Shown here: piece after piece, positions 46,862-56,369 of the stretch
Position numbering within the stretch: position 1 is the stretch's first letter
Layout: every line of letters begins with the position of its first letter
Assembly (NCBI GenBank): GCA_031273805.1
Contig: JAISRE010000004.1
Coordinates: 2,103 to 66,102 of the forward strand
Origin: Synergistaceae bacterium
GTDB taxonomy: Bacteria; Synergistota; Synergistia; Synergistales; Synergistaceae
Direction of reading: 5' to 3'
DNA: 64,000 bases
Position numbers and translations under genes: made by a program
The notes under the pieces: generated by a model
What the model was told of the DNA's origin: nothing
Database searches by the model: none
What the model saw: the letters and a program-made list of their open reading frames with translations, nothing else

Positions 46862-48129
46862 CCTTTGAGCGCCTCCCTCGGATCGGATATTTCGCCCTTC
46901 AGCGCGCTGGCCGCGACCGTAAGAGGGCTCGCAAGGTATATGAAGCTCTCCTTGTCGCCCATCCTGCCCTTGAAGTTACGGTTGGCGGTGCTGATGCAGG
47001 TCTCACCCGGCGCAAGCGTCCCCATGTGAGCGCCGAGACAGGGGCCGCAGCCGGAGTTGCAAATTATGCAGCCCGCGTCGATCAGCGTCTCCAGAGTGCC
47101 GTCATGGAGCGCCGCGCGATAGACCTCCCATGACGCCGGAATAACTATCGTGCGCACCGCGACCTTGTGCCCCTTCAGTATTCCGGCCGCCGCGTGGAGA
47201 TCCTCCAGACGCCCATTGGTACAGGTCCCGATGAACGCCTGATCGATATGGACTCCTCTCTCCGATTCCACTAAAGCGTAGTTATCGACCGTATGCGGCT
47301 TTGCCACGCCCGGAACTATACTGCTCAGATCATAGCTGAGTTCACGCGCGTATACCGCGTCACTGTCCGCCCAGAGGATCTCCCAGTCATTGGACTTCTC
47401 CCGGCCCTTTATGAAATCTAACACGCGCTGATCCGGCTCACAGACGGCATTTTTGGCGCCCATTTCGATCCCGAGATTGCAGAGCGTCATGCGCTCCGCA
47501 ATGCTCATGCCGCTTATCCCGTCCCCGTGGAACTCGACGCTCATGTAGTCGGCGCCGTCGGACTTGACGTCGCCCATTACCTTCAGTATGAAGTCCTTGG
47601 CTGTGACATTCTCGTTAAATCTGCCGGTAACGTCGATCCTGAAGCTCTCCGGTACCTTGAACCAAATGGCCCCGGTAGCCCAGGCCGCCGCCATTTCAGT
47701 GCGCCCAATTCCGGTAGCGAACGTGCCGAACGCTCCATATGTGCAAGTGTGGCTGTCGCTGCCTATCACTATCTGCCCCGGGAGCGCAAACCCCTCCTCG
47801 CAGAACTTCTGATGACAGACGCCGCCACTGCTGGCGACATCGTAAAAATGAGGCGCGCGCTGATTGTGCATGAACTCACGCGCCTCCTTGTGATTGACGG
47901 CATGATCGCTCGACGGCGCCGGGACTCCGTGATCCAGTATCACCACAATGCGCTCCGGCTTCCAAACTTTTTTGACTCCTATTTTATTGAACGTTCGCGA
48001 TATCGGCCCTGTATTGTCGTGGCTCATACAGAAGTCCGGCTCGACCGTCACAACCTCGTTGGCGCTCACCGGATGGCCCGCCGCCCTTCCAAGCGCTTTT
48101 TCGGCAAAAGTACGTCCCATCACATTCAC
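46858..48129 (-). CDS. aconitase-family dehydratase large subunit (LeuC/HacA-like)
   Basis: 423 aa, TFAEKALGRAAGHPV...MSHDNTGP...GSDSHTCTYGAFG...CNSGCGPCLG. 4-nt overlaps with both neighbouring genes. Confidence 0.85.
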   Translation of the reverse strand: MNVMGRTFAEKALGRAAGHPVSANEVVTVEPDFCMSHDNTGPISRTFNKIGVKKVWKPERIVVILDHGVPAPSSDHAVNHKEAREFMHNQRAPHFYDVASSGGVCHQKFCEEGFALPGQIVIGSDSHTCTYGAFGTFATGIGRTEMAAAWATGAIWFKVPESFRIDVTGRFNENVTAKDFILKVMGDVKSDGADYMSVEFHGDGISGMSIAERMTLCNLGIEMGAKNAVCEPDQRVLDFIKGREKSNDWEILWADSDAVYARELSYDLSSIVPGVAKPHTVDNYALVESERGVHIDQAFIGTCTNGRLEDLHAAAGILKGHKVAVRTIVIPASWEVYRAALHDGTLETLIDAGCIICNSGCGPCLGAHMGTLAPGETCISTANRNFKGRMGDKESFIYLASPLTVAASALKGEISDPREALKG

Positions 48130-48650
48130 CCCTGTTTTTTTTGAGCCTTCAAATATGGTATCAAACCGCCGGCGGACATTATCTCGCGCTCGAGGTCGCT
48201 GACCGCGTCGCCGTGATACGTCTGCCCACTCGTAATATCCCTTATCGTCCCAGTCTCCAGCTCCACCTCCAGCATGTCGCCGTCGTTGATTCTGCGCGCC
48301 TTTATGGCCTCCGATATCCCTTTTACGAACAGCACCGGATAACCGTTGTTAATCGCGTTGCGGTAGTAGATGCGGGAGCACGTCTCGGCCAGTATCACCG
48401 GCACACCGGCCTCCTTGAGGCAGTAGACCGCGTGCTCGCGGCTCGAACCGCAGCCGAAATTTTTACCGGCCACGACAAAATCTCCCGGCTTGACCTCGCG
48501 CGCGAAGTTCTCATGCCCAGGGTAGTACTCGAACGAGTACTGAGGCATATTCTTCGGGTCAGTCTCAGCCAGATATTTATTGTGGTAGATGAGATCGGTG
48601 TCGACATCGTCGCCGAAAACCCACGCCCGCCCCTTCAATATTTCGCTCAT
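48126..48650 (-). CDS. second aconitase-family dehydratase small subunit (paralog)
   Basis: About 174 aa, [21 protein letters not shown]...[21 protein letters not shown] at 48650 follows GGGGGG. Confidence 0.8.
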   Translation of the reverse strand: MSEILKGRAWVFGDDVDTDLIYHNKYLAETDPKNMPQYSFEYYPGHENFAREVKPGDFVVAGKNFGCGSSREHAVYCLKEAGVPVILAETCSRIYYRNAINNGYPVLFVKGISEAIKARRINDGDMLEVELETGTIRDITSGQTYHGDAVSDLEREIMSAGGLIPYLKAQKKQG

Positions 48651-48652
48651 AA

Positions 48653-49945
48653 TTAATTCCCCCCCTGACACAAGATATCGCGAGGGTCGGTGATGACGCC
48701 GCGCACAGCTGTCGCCATAGCGCTCATCGGGCTCATGAGATAGGTGTGGCTTCCCTTGCCGACCTTGCCTATAAAGTTGCGGTTGGTGGTGGAGCAGCCG
48801 ATATCCCCGCTTGGCAGAGCCCCGTAATGCTCCGCTGTGCAGAGCGCGCAGGTTGGGTTCGTGAAGACCACCCCTGCCTCCAGGAACTTTTCGATCATGC
48901 CCTCACGCGCGGCCTGGAGCATAACCTCGCGGGTCGCCGGGGTTATTATCGTTCTGACGTTTGGGGAGATCTTGAATCCGCTCAATTTGAGCACCTCGAA
49001 AGCAGCGGAGATATCCTCATACCGACCGTTCGTGCAGCTTCCGATGTGAACCTGATCCACCGACGTTCCGGCTATCTCCCGGACCGGCCTGACGTTGTCC
49101 GGCGCATCCGGGCATGACGCCATCGGCTCGAGTGCGGAAACATCGTACCTGCGAACATCGATATATGGAGCGTCACCGTCAGGAGCTATCGCACTGACGC
49201 GAGCGTAGACCTCCGGGCCCGCTCGATTCGCCAGCCACTCCAGAACCGGGCCGTTCGGCAGAATGAGCCCTATTTTACCGCTCATCTCCGTTACCATCGA
49301 GCAGAGGGTTATGCGCTCCGACAGCGACGCCCGCTCTATCGATTCTCCTGTGAACTCGACCGCGAGGAAGTCCATACCCCCCGCGCCCAGGTCGCCGACC
49401 AGCATGGTCAGGAAGTCGCGCATCGACACCCCGCGCTGAAATTCGCCCCTCACCTCGATCTTCATCGTCTCGGGAACGCGGAACCAGTTGGTTCCGTTGA
49501 GCCATGAGGCCGCGATGTCCGTGTTGCCGACTCCGGTGGCAAATGCGGCCACGCCGCCCAGCAAATTCATGTGGCTGTCGGTGCCCAATATGACATCCCC
49601 CGGCTTGACCAGACCGTGCTCGAGCAGAACGTGCTGGCCTATTCCGTGGTTGATGTCGAATACATGAGTAATACCCTGCCTGCGAGCAAACTCCCGAATA
49701 ATTTTCTGGTTGTTCGACACCTTCTCCGAGTGAGAGGGCGCCTGAAGATCGAACGTAAAAGCTATGCGATCCGGGTCCCACACTCGCCCTTCGTTATTCG
49801 TTATCTCGTCGAACTGAAGAGCGCAGTTCGCGCCTCCGAAGTCGCGCGCCGTCGACCAGTCGATGTTGCACCACACCCTGTCTCCGACTTTGACCTCCTT
49901 GCCGGAAGCCCGCTCCATGATCTTCATGATCATAGTCTTGCCCAT
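48653..49945 (-). CDS. second aconitase-family dehydratase large subunit (paralog)
   Basis: About 430 aa, GTDSHMNLLGGVAAFATGVG...GSCTNGRYEDI...NPTCALCTAEHYG. ATG at 49945 follows AAGGAGGGGG. Confidence 0.8.
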   Translation of the reverse strand: MGKTMIMKIMERASGKEVKVGDRVWCNIDWSTARDFGGANCALQFDEITNNEGRVWDPDRIAFTFDLQAPSHSEKVSNNQKIIREFARRQGITHVFDINHGIGQHVLLEHGLVKPGDVILGTDSHMNLLGGVAAFATGVGNTDIAASWLNGTNWFRVPETMKIEVRGEFQRGVSMRDFLTMLVGDLGAGGMDFLAVEFTGESIERASLSERITLCSMVTEMSGKIGLILPNGPVLEWLANRAGPEVYARVSAIAPDGDAPYIDVRRYDVSALEPMASCPDAPDNVRPVREIAGTSVDQVHIGSCTNGRYEDISAAFEVLKLSGFKISPNVRTIITPATREVMLQAAREGMIEKFLEAGVVFTNPTCALCTAEHYGALPSGDIGCSTTNRNFIGKVGKGSHTYLMSPMSAMATAVRGVITDPRDILCQGGN

Positions 49946-49968
49946 GTCCAGCATCCCCCTCCTTAAAC

Positions 49969-50529
49969 TCACTTCATCCCCAGGAAACTCTTTATGCCCT
50001 CGAAGTTCATGAAGTCGGCCTTGTTCACCAGCACCGCCTCAGGGCTGCGAAGCGTGCCGTCCCCCTCGTGGGCGTGATTCGCTATGATGTGCCCTATCGC
50101 AGAGCTGCAGCCGTTGCGGAGCGCTATTACGGCGCCCGAAAACGGATGCCTGAGATCGCGTCCCATCTGAGATTTGACCGTTCCCCCGTCCGGCGACTTC
50201 TCATACTCGACGAGCTTGCCGATATCGTGCAGCAGAGCGCCCGCCACCAGCAGATCGTTGTCCATCCTGAACTTGCCGTCCGGCGTCGCGTAGAGGGAGT
50301 TGAACTCCTCCAGTGCGTGATACGCCATCCTGGTAACACCCCGGACGTGAGTCAGATACGACGCTGGACAGTTGGGAATCAAAAGGGTAAAGGGGATTCT
50401 GTCCATGTCCTCCGGCGTCCAACCACCGGACCTCAGCGCGTCCTCATAGCAGGAGACGACCTTCTCCCGCAGCTCTTCATCGCCTATCCACTCAATCTCC
50501 GGCAGCATACTTCTGATCTTTTCCCTCAT
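49969..50529 (-). CDS. HD-domain metal-dependent phosphohydrolase
   Basis: 186 aa with LLHDIGKL (HD motif) and a downstream HAHEGDG. Confidence 0.7.
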   Translation of the reverse strand: MREKIRSMLPEIEWIGDEELREKVVSCYEDALRSGGWTPEDMDRIPFTLLIPNCPASYLTHVRGVTRMAYHALEEFNSLYATPDGKFRMDNDLLVAGALLHDIGKLVEYEKSPDGGTVKSQMGRDLRHPFSGAVIALRNGCSSAIGHIIANHAHEGDGTLRSPEAVLVNKADFMNFEGIKSFLGMK

Positions 50530-50615
50530 ATCAGAGCCAGACCTCCCAATTTTTCAGCTATTTCTCAAAAATCACCGCATCGCTATCGAGCCGAGCAATG
50601 TCCTGTAAATCCTGT

Positions 50616-51176
50616 CTATATACAATATGAATTTCTCTCGTAGATATCGTGGCCGTGCGAGTCAATGGCTATAATCGCGCGAAAATTCTCCACCTCCAGG
50701 CGGCGTATGGCCTCCGTTCCCAGGTCCGGGAAGGCTATGACGGACGCGCTCTTAACGCTGCGCGAGATCAGTGCGGCCGCTCCGCCGATGGAGACCATGT
50801 ACAGGCCGCAGTGACCTGCCAGGGCGCGTTTTACCGCGTCGTTTCGCACTCCCTTCCCGATCATGATCTTCAGTCCACGCCGTATCAGGAGAGGGGAGTA
50901 GGCGTCCATGCGAGCGCTGGTGGTCGGACCAATAGAGCCGATAACGGCCCCCGGTCGGGTCGGGCTGGGACCGGCATAATATATGACGCAGCCCTCAGAG
51001 TCGAAGGGTATATCTTCACCTCGCTCCAACATCTCGACCATGCGCTTATGAGCCGCGTCCCGAGCGGTGTATATGACGCCGGAGAGCGATACTGAGTCGC
51101 CGGCGGACAAGCTGCGTATGACCTCGTCGGTCAGAGGAATTGTGAGTTCGCGATATTTTCTGATTGAGGATAACAT
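50616..51176 (-). CDS. class I (Fe-S) fumarate hydratase / tartrate dehydratase family, beta subunit
   Basis: 186 aa, SLSGVIYTARDAAHKRM...YYAGPSPTRPG...IGPTTSARMD...MIGKG. Confidence 0.85.
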   Translation of the reverse strand: MLSSIRKYRELTIPLTDEVIRSLSAGDSVSLSGVIYTARDAAHKRMVEMLERGEDIPFDSEGCVIYYAGPSPTRPGAVIGSIGPTTSARMDAYSPLLIRRGLKIMIGKGVRNDAVKRALAGHCGLYMVSIGGAAALISRSVKSASVIAFPDLGTEAIRRLEVENFRAIIAIDSHGHDIYERNSYCI

Positions 51177-51187
51177 ACCTGCAACTC

Positions 51188-52030
51188 CTACAGAGTGATT
51201 TCAACGTGTCTGGTTGAATGGCAGCCGATATTTACGGCCACGGGCAGACCGGCTATGTGGGTCGGAAACGTCTCTATTTTCACCGCCAGAGCGGTGGTCC
51301 GACCTCCTAAGCCGGCAGGCCCTATATCCAGCGAATTTATAGCGGCCAGCAGATCGTTCTCTATTCCATTCCACAGCTCTCTTTCGTTGGGGCTGTCCAG
51401 TGGACGCAGAAGCGCATGCTTCGCCATGAACGCGGCATAATCCATGGTCCCCCCAATTCCGACTCCCACGATGATAGGGGGGCACGGATTTGGACCGGCC
51501 ATCTTCACTGTGTCGATGACGAACTCCTTGATGCCGGCTATTCCCTGAGATGGCGTGAGCATAGCGAGCCTGCTCATGTTCTCGCTTCCAAAGCCCTTCG
51601 GAGACGCGATTATTCTCAGTTTGTCTCCGGGAACGATGTTGAAGTGAATAACCGCAGGCGTGTTATCGCCGGTGTTGACTCTGTCAATAGGGTCTGAAAC
51701 CACCGACGCGCGAAGATATCCCTCCTTGTAACCTCGCCGCACCCCGTTATTTATCGCGTCTCGCAGCGAACCGCCCACGACTCTGACATCCTGACCGATC
51801 TCCACGAATATAACCGCCATCCCGGTGTCCTGGCAGAGAGGCAGAGTCCCTTCAGACGCTATCTCCGCGTTCTCCAGCAGCGAACCGAGCACTTCAGAAG
51901 CCAGTTCGTTAGTCTCCGATTCAGCGGCACTGCTCAGAGCCGCCTTTATATCGGGGCTCATGAGGTAATTGGCCTCCACACACAGAGTCGCCACCGCGCG
52001 CTCAACTTCACTTGCGTCGATCTCCCTCAC
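51188..52030 (-). CDS. class I fumarate hydratase / tartrate dehydratase family, alpha subunit (candidate independent initiation inside the long ORF)
   Basis: 280 aa from the GTG at 52030, preceded by TAAGGAGG with a 7-nt spacer. Carries [17 protein letters not shown] and GIGGT, the length and N-terminus (VREI...) of stand-alone alpha subunits. Confidence 0.6.
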   Translation of the reverse strand: MREIDASEVERAVATLCVEANYLMSPDIKAALSSAAESETNELASEVLGSLLENAEIASEGTLPLCQDTGMAVIFVEIGQDVRVVGGSLRDAINNGVRRGYKEGYLRASVVSDPIDRVNTGDNTPAVIHFNIVPGDKLRIIASPKGFGSENMSRLAMLTPSQGIAGIKEFVIDTVKMAGPNPCPPIIVGVGIGGTMDYAAFMAKHALLRPLDSPNERELWNGIENDLLAAINSLDIGPAGLGGRTTALAVKIETFPTHIAGLPVAVNIGCHSTRHVEITL

Positions 52031-52996
52031 CGGCACAGCCTCCTTATGAAATTCCTCCGTGGTTTCCGAAATATCTGCGGACAGGGGTTCTTCACTCGGC
52101 TCCCTTTTATCATCCGAGATCAGGATCTTGTCCCCTGAAATTACGCGTTCTTCAAGCTGATGAATAACTTTGATTTTTCCTCCGCTCTCAACCGTCCTGA
52201 AGCCGGCATCTATGAGAAACGCCGATTCATCTGTGAGGTCGCGCGACGTAGGAGCGCCGAGCACCACCGATATCAATCTTATGTCGCCGCTCTTTGCGGT
52301 GGTTATGAGGTTGTGATTCGACGCCCTGATCCAGCCCGTCTTGAGACCATCGACAAGCGGATGGGTCTTGAGCAGGGGATTTTTGTTGGTGGTTGTCGTT
52401 CCGCGGTGGGTTATCTCCAATATTTTATGATAAGACATGGCGTCCGGATGACTCTCGATGTAGTTTTTCGTCAGGGTCAGCGTGTCGCGCGCGGTCGTAA
52501 CCTGCTCCTTGGACGGAAGTCCGTTGGGGTTTCTGTATATCGTGCTCTTCATTCCAAGCGCGCCGGCCTCCGCGTTCATCCTCTTGACAAATGCCTCCAC
52601 CGAACCCGCAACGTGCTCAGCGACCGCAACAGCGGCGTCGTTGCCGGACGCGACCGCCACGCCCTTCAGCAGTTCGTCCATCACGACCGTCTCCCCTTCT
52701 CTGAGGTTCATCCTGGAACCCGGCTGAATAGCCGCTCTGCGGCTGATCTTCACCATGTCCGAGAGAGACGCCTGACCTGAGTCTATATCGTTCATCACAA
52801 TATGCATGGTCATTATCTTGGCCAATGACGCGGGAGGTATGGGCACATCCTCGCTCTGCGCAAAGAGCACGCTTTCCGACTTCGTGTTCATCAGTATCGC
52901 GCTCTTTGCCTCGATGCCGGATGAGGCAGGAGCGGACAGAGCGTTCAACAGAAGTATCGCTATAATAAAATTGTACATTACACGAAATTTTTGCAT
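51188..52996 (-). CDS. stop-less read-through ORF: secreted S11 D-alanyl-D-alanine carboxypeptidase domain in frame with the fumarate hydratase alpha subunit
   Basis: Signal peptide ([26 protein letters not shown]) and the S11 motifs SLAK, SGND and KTGW, followed by an acidic linker. There is no stop codon before the alpha-subunit sequence, so the track shows a single ORF (51188..53041). Confidence 0.6.
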   Translation of the reverse strand: MQKFRVMYNFIIAILLLNALSAPASSGIEAKSAILMNTKSESVLFAQSEDVPIPPASLAKIMTMHIVMNDIDSGQASLSDMVKISRRAAIQPGSRMNLREGETVVMDELLKGVAVASGNDAAVAVAEHVAGSVEAFVKRMNAEAGALGMKSTIYRNPNGLPSKEQVTTARDTLTLTKNYIESHPDAMSYHKILEITHRGTTTTNKNPLLKTHPLVDGLKTGWIRASNHNLITTAKSGDIRLISVVLGAPTSRDLTDESAFLIDAGFRTVESGGKIKVIHQLEERVISGDKILISDDKREPSEEPLSADISETTEEFHKEAVPVREIDASEVERAVATLCVEANYLMSPDIKAALSSAAESETNELASEVLGSLLENAEIASEGTLPLCQDTGMAVIFVEIGQDVRVVGGSLRDAINNGVRRGYKEGYLRASVVSDPIDRVNTGDNTPAVIHFNIVPGDKLRIIASPKGFGSENMSRLAMLTPSQGIAGIKEFVIDTVKMAGPNPCPPIIVGVGIGGTMDYAAFMAKHALLRPLDSPNERELWNGIENDLLAAINSLDIGPAGLGGRTTALAVKIETFPTHIAGLPVAVNIGCHSTRHVEITL

Positions 52997-53099
52997 TGTA
53001 GCACTTCCTGAGCTGATATATCCAGCTGCCCTCATAAGCACAGAAACGCGCGCCCTGCCGGTCGCCGCGCGGTCTCTGTTCCGAATTCACGTCCGATGT

Positions 53100-54275
53100 T
53101 TACTTTCGCTGCTGACGACGCAGATAAGAGGGCGTGTCCAAAGGTGAATCCACCGACATAAAGCCCTCTGCCTCGGGAAAAGACGCCTTTTGCAATTTCA
53201 AGTCCGGGGTCTGAGGCGCAGCTTCGGGCTTCATGTTAAATCCTGTGGCTATGACGACCATCTGTATTTCATCCGACGCATCATGGCCCATATTCTCGTC
53301 ACACACGAAACCCCATTTGAAATTGGCGTCCGGGTCTATATTATCCTGAAGCTTCATTGCCGCGTACTGCACCTCGAGAAGTCCGATGTCCGGACTAGCC
53401 GTGACGTTGAGTATGACCCCCTTCGCCCCGGATATGGAGCTCTCCATGAGGGGGCTCTCCATAGCGCGCTTCAGCGCGTCATCCGTGCGAGTCTCCCCTT
53501 TGCCTGAGCCAACGCCCATCACCGCGCCCCCGGAGTGTTTCATTATGCTCTTGAGATCGGCAAAATCGACATTTACCTGTCCGGGTTTCGTAACGAGATC
53601 GGTCACGCTCTGCACCGCCTGACGCAGGATCCCATCCGCCATCGCAAACGCCTCCGTGATGGGCGTCGTGCGATCGGAAAGAGCCAGAAGACGGTCGTTT
53701 GGGACGACGATCAGCGCGTCGACGATGCTCTTGGTCTTTTCTATCCCGGTGTTGGCGTAAAGAGCCCTTTTTTTCCCCTCAAAGCTGAACGGCCTGGTGA
53801 CAACAGATACGGTCAATATGCCCATATCCTTCGCGATGGACGCGACCACAGGCAGAGCGCCGGTTCCTGTACCGCCTCCCATGCCTGCCGCGAGATACAC
53901 CATGTCGCAGCCCTTGAGGCATTCACGGATTGCCGCTCTGGACTCGTTGGCGGCCTGCTCTCCAATCTCCGGCTTTGCCCCCGCGCCATGTCCGCTGGTG
54001 AGTTTTTCTCCTATTACAAGTTTTTCGGCAGACAGACACTTCGCCAAGCAGTTAGCGTCGGTATTTATCGCCAAAAACTCAACCCCAGAGGCGCCGGACC
54101 TGATAATATGATCGAGCGCGTTGTTTCCTCCGCCGCCTATGCCAACCACCTTTATACGCTCTTTGAATGGCTGCTGCCCCAAGGAAACCTCACGACCCCT
54201 GCCCTCATCCTGCGCACGAATATTATTAGACTCGGTCGGATCATCATTCATAAAAACAAGGGCAGAATTCGCCAC
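53100..54275 (-). CDS. ftsZ: cell division protein FtsZ
   Basis: 391 aa, IKVVGIGGGGNNALDHII...GAGAKPEIG...GGGTGTGALPV. GTG start after AAGGAGGAG. Confidence 0.95.
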   Translation of the reverse strand: MANSALVFMNDDPTESNNIRAQDEGRGREVSLGQQPFKERIKVVGIGGGGNNALDHIIRSGASGVEFLAINTDANCLAKCLSAEKLVIGEKLTSGHGAGAKPEIGEQAANESRAAIRECLKGCDMVYLAAGMGGGTGTGALPVVASIAKDMGILTVSVVTRPFSFEGKKRALYANTGIEKTKSIVDALIVVPNDRLLALSDRTTPITEAFAMADGILRQAVQSVTDLVTKPGQVNVDFADLKSIMKHSGGAVMGVGSGKGETRTDDALKRAMESPLMESSISGAKGVILNVTASPDIGLLEVQYAAMKLQDNIDPDANFKWGFVCDENMGHDASDEIQMVVIATGFNMKPEAAPQTPDLKLQKASFPEAEGFMSVDSPLDTPSYLRRQQRK

Positions 54276-54529
54276 GCGTCACTCCTCCTTTATCCCCATA
54301 CACCTGCACAAAAGTCACGTTAGAATTGCAAAATATCACCAAAAGTACCAGAGAAACTCAATTATGGATCTTATCATAGAAAGTGCGGATTGTACTGTCA
54401 AGTACAAGTGAGAAAGTATTATTATAAAAAATGCTCGCTTATCAAGATACTAACGGGACATCCTCTTTCAAGCAGCTTCAAAGAGTGATAAAGTAAGGCT
54501 CTAAAAATACCAATCATGGAGGCATCTAT

Positions 54530-55432
54530 GTGCGATTGCTTTTTAAATCTGTAAATCTTGATACAATAAAGCCTTATCTCGAATTATGGAAAATTATGCC
54601 GCAGAAATCGTCAGACTACTCATCAGGGGTTCTGCTCTGCTGGGAGCGGGCTCTCGGTTATCAGTTCGCCTTCGAGAAGAACGACGGGCTCGCTTGGATC
54701 AGAGGACGATACCCAAGGGAGCACTACCTCGCTCCGGTCGGCAATTGGGAGGAGCACACCGATTGGGAGGAGATCATCGGCGCTCGGTTTGGGAGGGAAT
54801 CTGAGTTTCAGATAGTTCCCGGCAAACTGGTCGAAATCTGGCGCAAACAGCTCGGGGACGCGGTCGAGGCGGAGGAGAACAGGGCCAGTTGGGAGTACCT
54901 GCACAGGGTCAAGGATCTGTCGGACCTGTCCGGCAACAAGTACATGCGCAAGCGCAATCGAGTCAATCAATTCAGCAAACAGAATCCGTACAGGTACTTC
55001 ACCATAACCCCGGATGAGATACCCAGGATCGCGGAGTTCCAGAGGCAGTGGTGCGACTCCTACAAAATTTTCAGCAGCTCCGACAGCATCGAGATGGAGA
55101 GCGAGGGGATCATTCGGAATATTCTCGGCAACTGGAGTCGGCTGCCCAATGTAATTGGCGGGGCGATAGAGGTTTTAGGCAACATAGTTGCCTATACTAT
55201 TGCCGAGAAAGCGGACGACGACATGATAATGATCCACTTTGAGAAGGCAAGCCTCAACTTTAACGCAGCCTATCAGGTGATAAACCGCGAGTTCCTGCTG
55301 CACGAAGCCTCCGGATACAACATCGTCAACCGCGAGGAGGACATGGCGGACCCAGGTTTGAGGGACGCTAAAATGTCATATCACCCGATGGACTTCGTTA
55401 AAAAATACACGGTGAGGATAAAGTTATCCTGA
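54530..55432 (+). CDS. DUF2156-like protein (LPG-synthase C-terminal / GNAT-fold family)
   Basis: 300 aa. The pattern SDYSSGVLLCWERALGYQFA...LSGNKYMRKRNRVNQF...INREEDMADPGLRDAKMSYHP resembles DUF2156 proteins as I recall them. GTG start after GGAGG. Confidence 0.45.
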   Translation: MRLLFKSVNLDTIKPYLELWKIMPQKSSDYSSGVLLCWERALGYQFAFEKNDGLAWIRGRYPREHYLAPVGNWEEHTDWEEIIGARFGRESEFQIVPGKLVEIWRKQLGDAVEAEENRASWEYLHRVKDLSDLSGNKYMRKRNRVNQFSKQNPYRYFTITPDEIPRIAEFQRQWCDSYKIFSSSDSIEMESEGIIRNILGNWSRLPNVIGGAIEVLGNIVAYTIAEKADDDMIMIHFEKASLNFNAAYQVINREFLLHEASGYNIVNREEDMADPGLRDAKMSYHPMDFVKKYTVRIKLS

Positions 55433-55589
55433 CTTTAACATAGCGAACAAACAATGGGGAAAATTCGTTCTCCATCGAAACGACCGTTGCAAATTGTCTG
55501 GGGAAAAATTCCAAACAGGCGAAAGTTCGATTCCTATTTGAGAATCCAGGAGGTAAAATGACAAAGGGAGTTCTCAAAGGAGGGTTGCA

Positions 55590-56093
55590 ATGAAAAAACT
55601 AAAAATCTACATCGACACATCGGTCATCAGTCATCTGCAACACGACGACGCGCCGGAAAGAACGAAAGAAACGTTGTCGTTTTGGAAAAAGCTGAAGACG
55701 GGGAAATACGAAATCGTCATCTCTGATTTGACGCTGAGGGAAATCAGGCATTGCCCCCAACCCAAACAAACGGACCTGATCTATTATTTAGGGGAAATCG
55801 AATGCGATATTTTGCCCGATTCCGGCGAAGTGAAAGCATTGGCCGAGGCATACATGGAAAATGGGATTTTGACGCGGAAAAGCGAAAATGACTGCATGCA
55901 TATAGCTTTTGCTTCTACAAGCGAATGCGAAGTGATTGTGTCATGGAATTTTAAACACATGGTTCGTCTAAAAACTATTCAAGGCGTTCGAATTGCCAAT
56001 GCGAAAAACGGGTATTTCAAGCCGATAGATATACTACAACCGACAGCACTGATAGGAGGCGATGAAGATGAAAGAACCGGAGATCAGTCCTGA
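55590..56093 (+). CDS. PIN-like domain protein (putative toxin)
   Basis: 167 aa with acidic residues at the expected PIN positions (IYIDTSV, LTLREI, ENDCMHIAFA, SWNFKH). Lies in an AT-richer patch. Confidence 0.45.
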   Translation: MKKLKIYIDTSVISHLQHDDAPERTKETLSFWKKLKTGKYEIVISDLTLREIRHCPQPKQTDLIYYLGEIECDILPDSGEVKALAEAYMENGILTRKSENDCMHIAFASTSECEVIVSWNFKHMVRLKTIQGVRIANAKNGYFKPIDILQPTALIGGDEDERTGDQS

Positions 56094-56274
56094 CTTCACG
56101 ATTGAAGATATTCACAAAATCCGGGAATATGACGCAGAGAGACGAGAAATTATAGGCGATGAAGCCTATTGGGCAGAAGTACGCGCTGATTCTTTGTATG
56201 TAAAGGAGAAAATCAAAGAAGCAAGGGAAAGGCGGCTTGCCCAAAATGACGCCAATGTCAAAAAGGCTGTCTAA
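56062..56274 (+). CDS. small hypothetical protein overlapping the 3' end of the PIN-like gene
   Basis: 70 aa, charged and helical (DFTIEDIHKIREYDAERREIIGDEAYW...). Overlaps the PIN-like gene by 32 nt. Confidence 0.4.
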   Translation: MKMKEPEISPDFTIEDIHKIREYDAERREIIGDEAYWAEVRADSLYVKEKIKEARERRLAQNDANVKKAV

Positions 56275-56353
56275 GAAACGAAGTACCAATCTGGGATATA
56301 GCAGTTTTAAGTCGTGAATACAACGACAGGAGCTCCACCGTAGCCGAAGGTTA

Positions 56354-56368
56354 TTAAATCAGCGGTCC
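56354..56368. repeat. solo repeat-family-A motif just after the hemB stop
   Basis: TTAAATCAGCGGTCC ends 1 nt from the hemB TAA. It is preceded by GAAGGTTAT, which matches the element interior. Confidence 0.5.
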
Positions 56369-56369
56369 T

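Noticed and set aside
53535-54323. 262-aa plus-strand ORF
   Set aside because: It is antisense to ftsZ.
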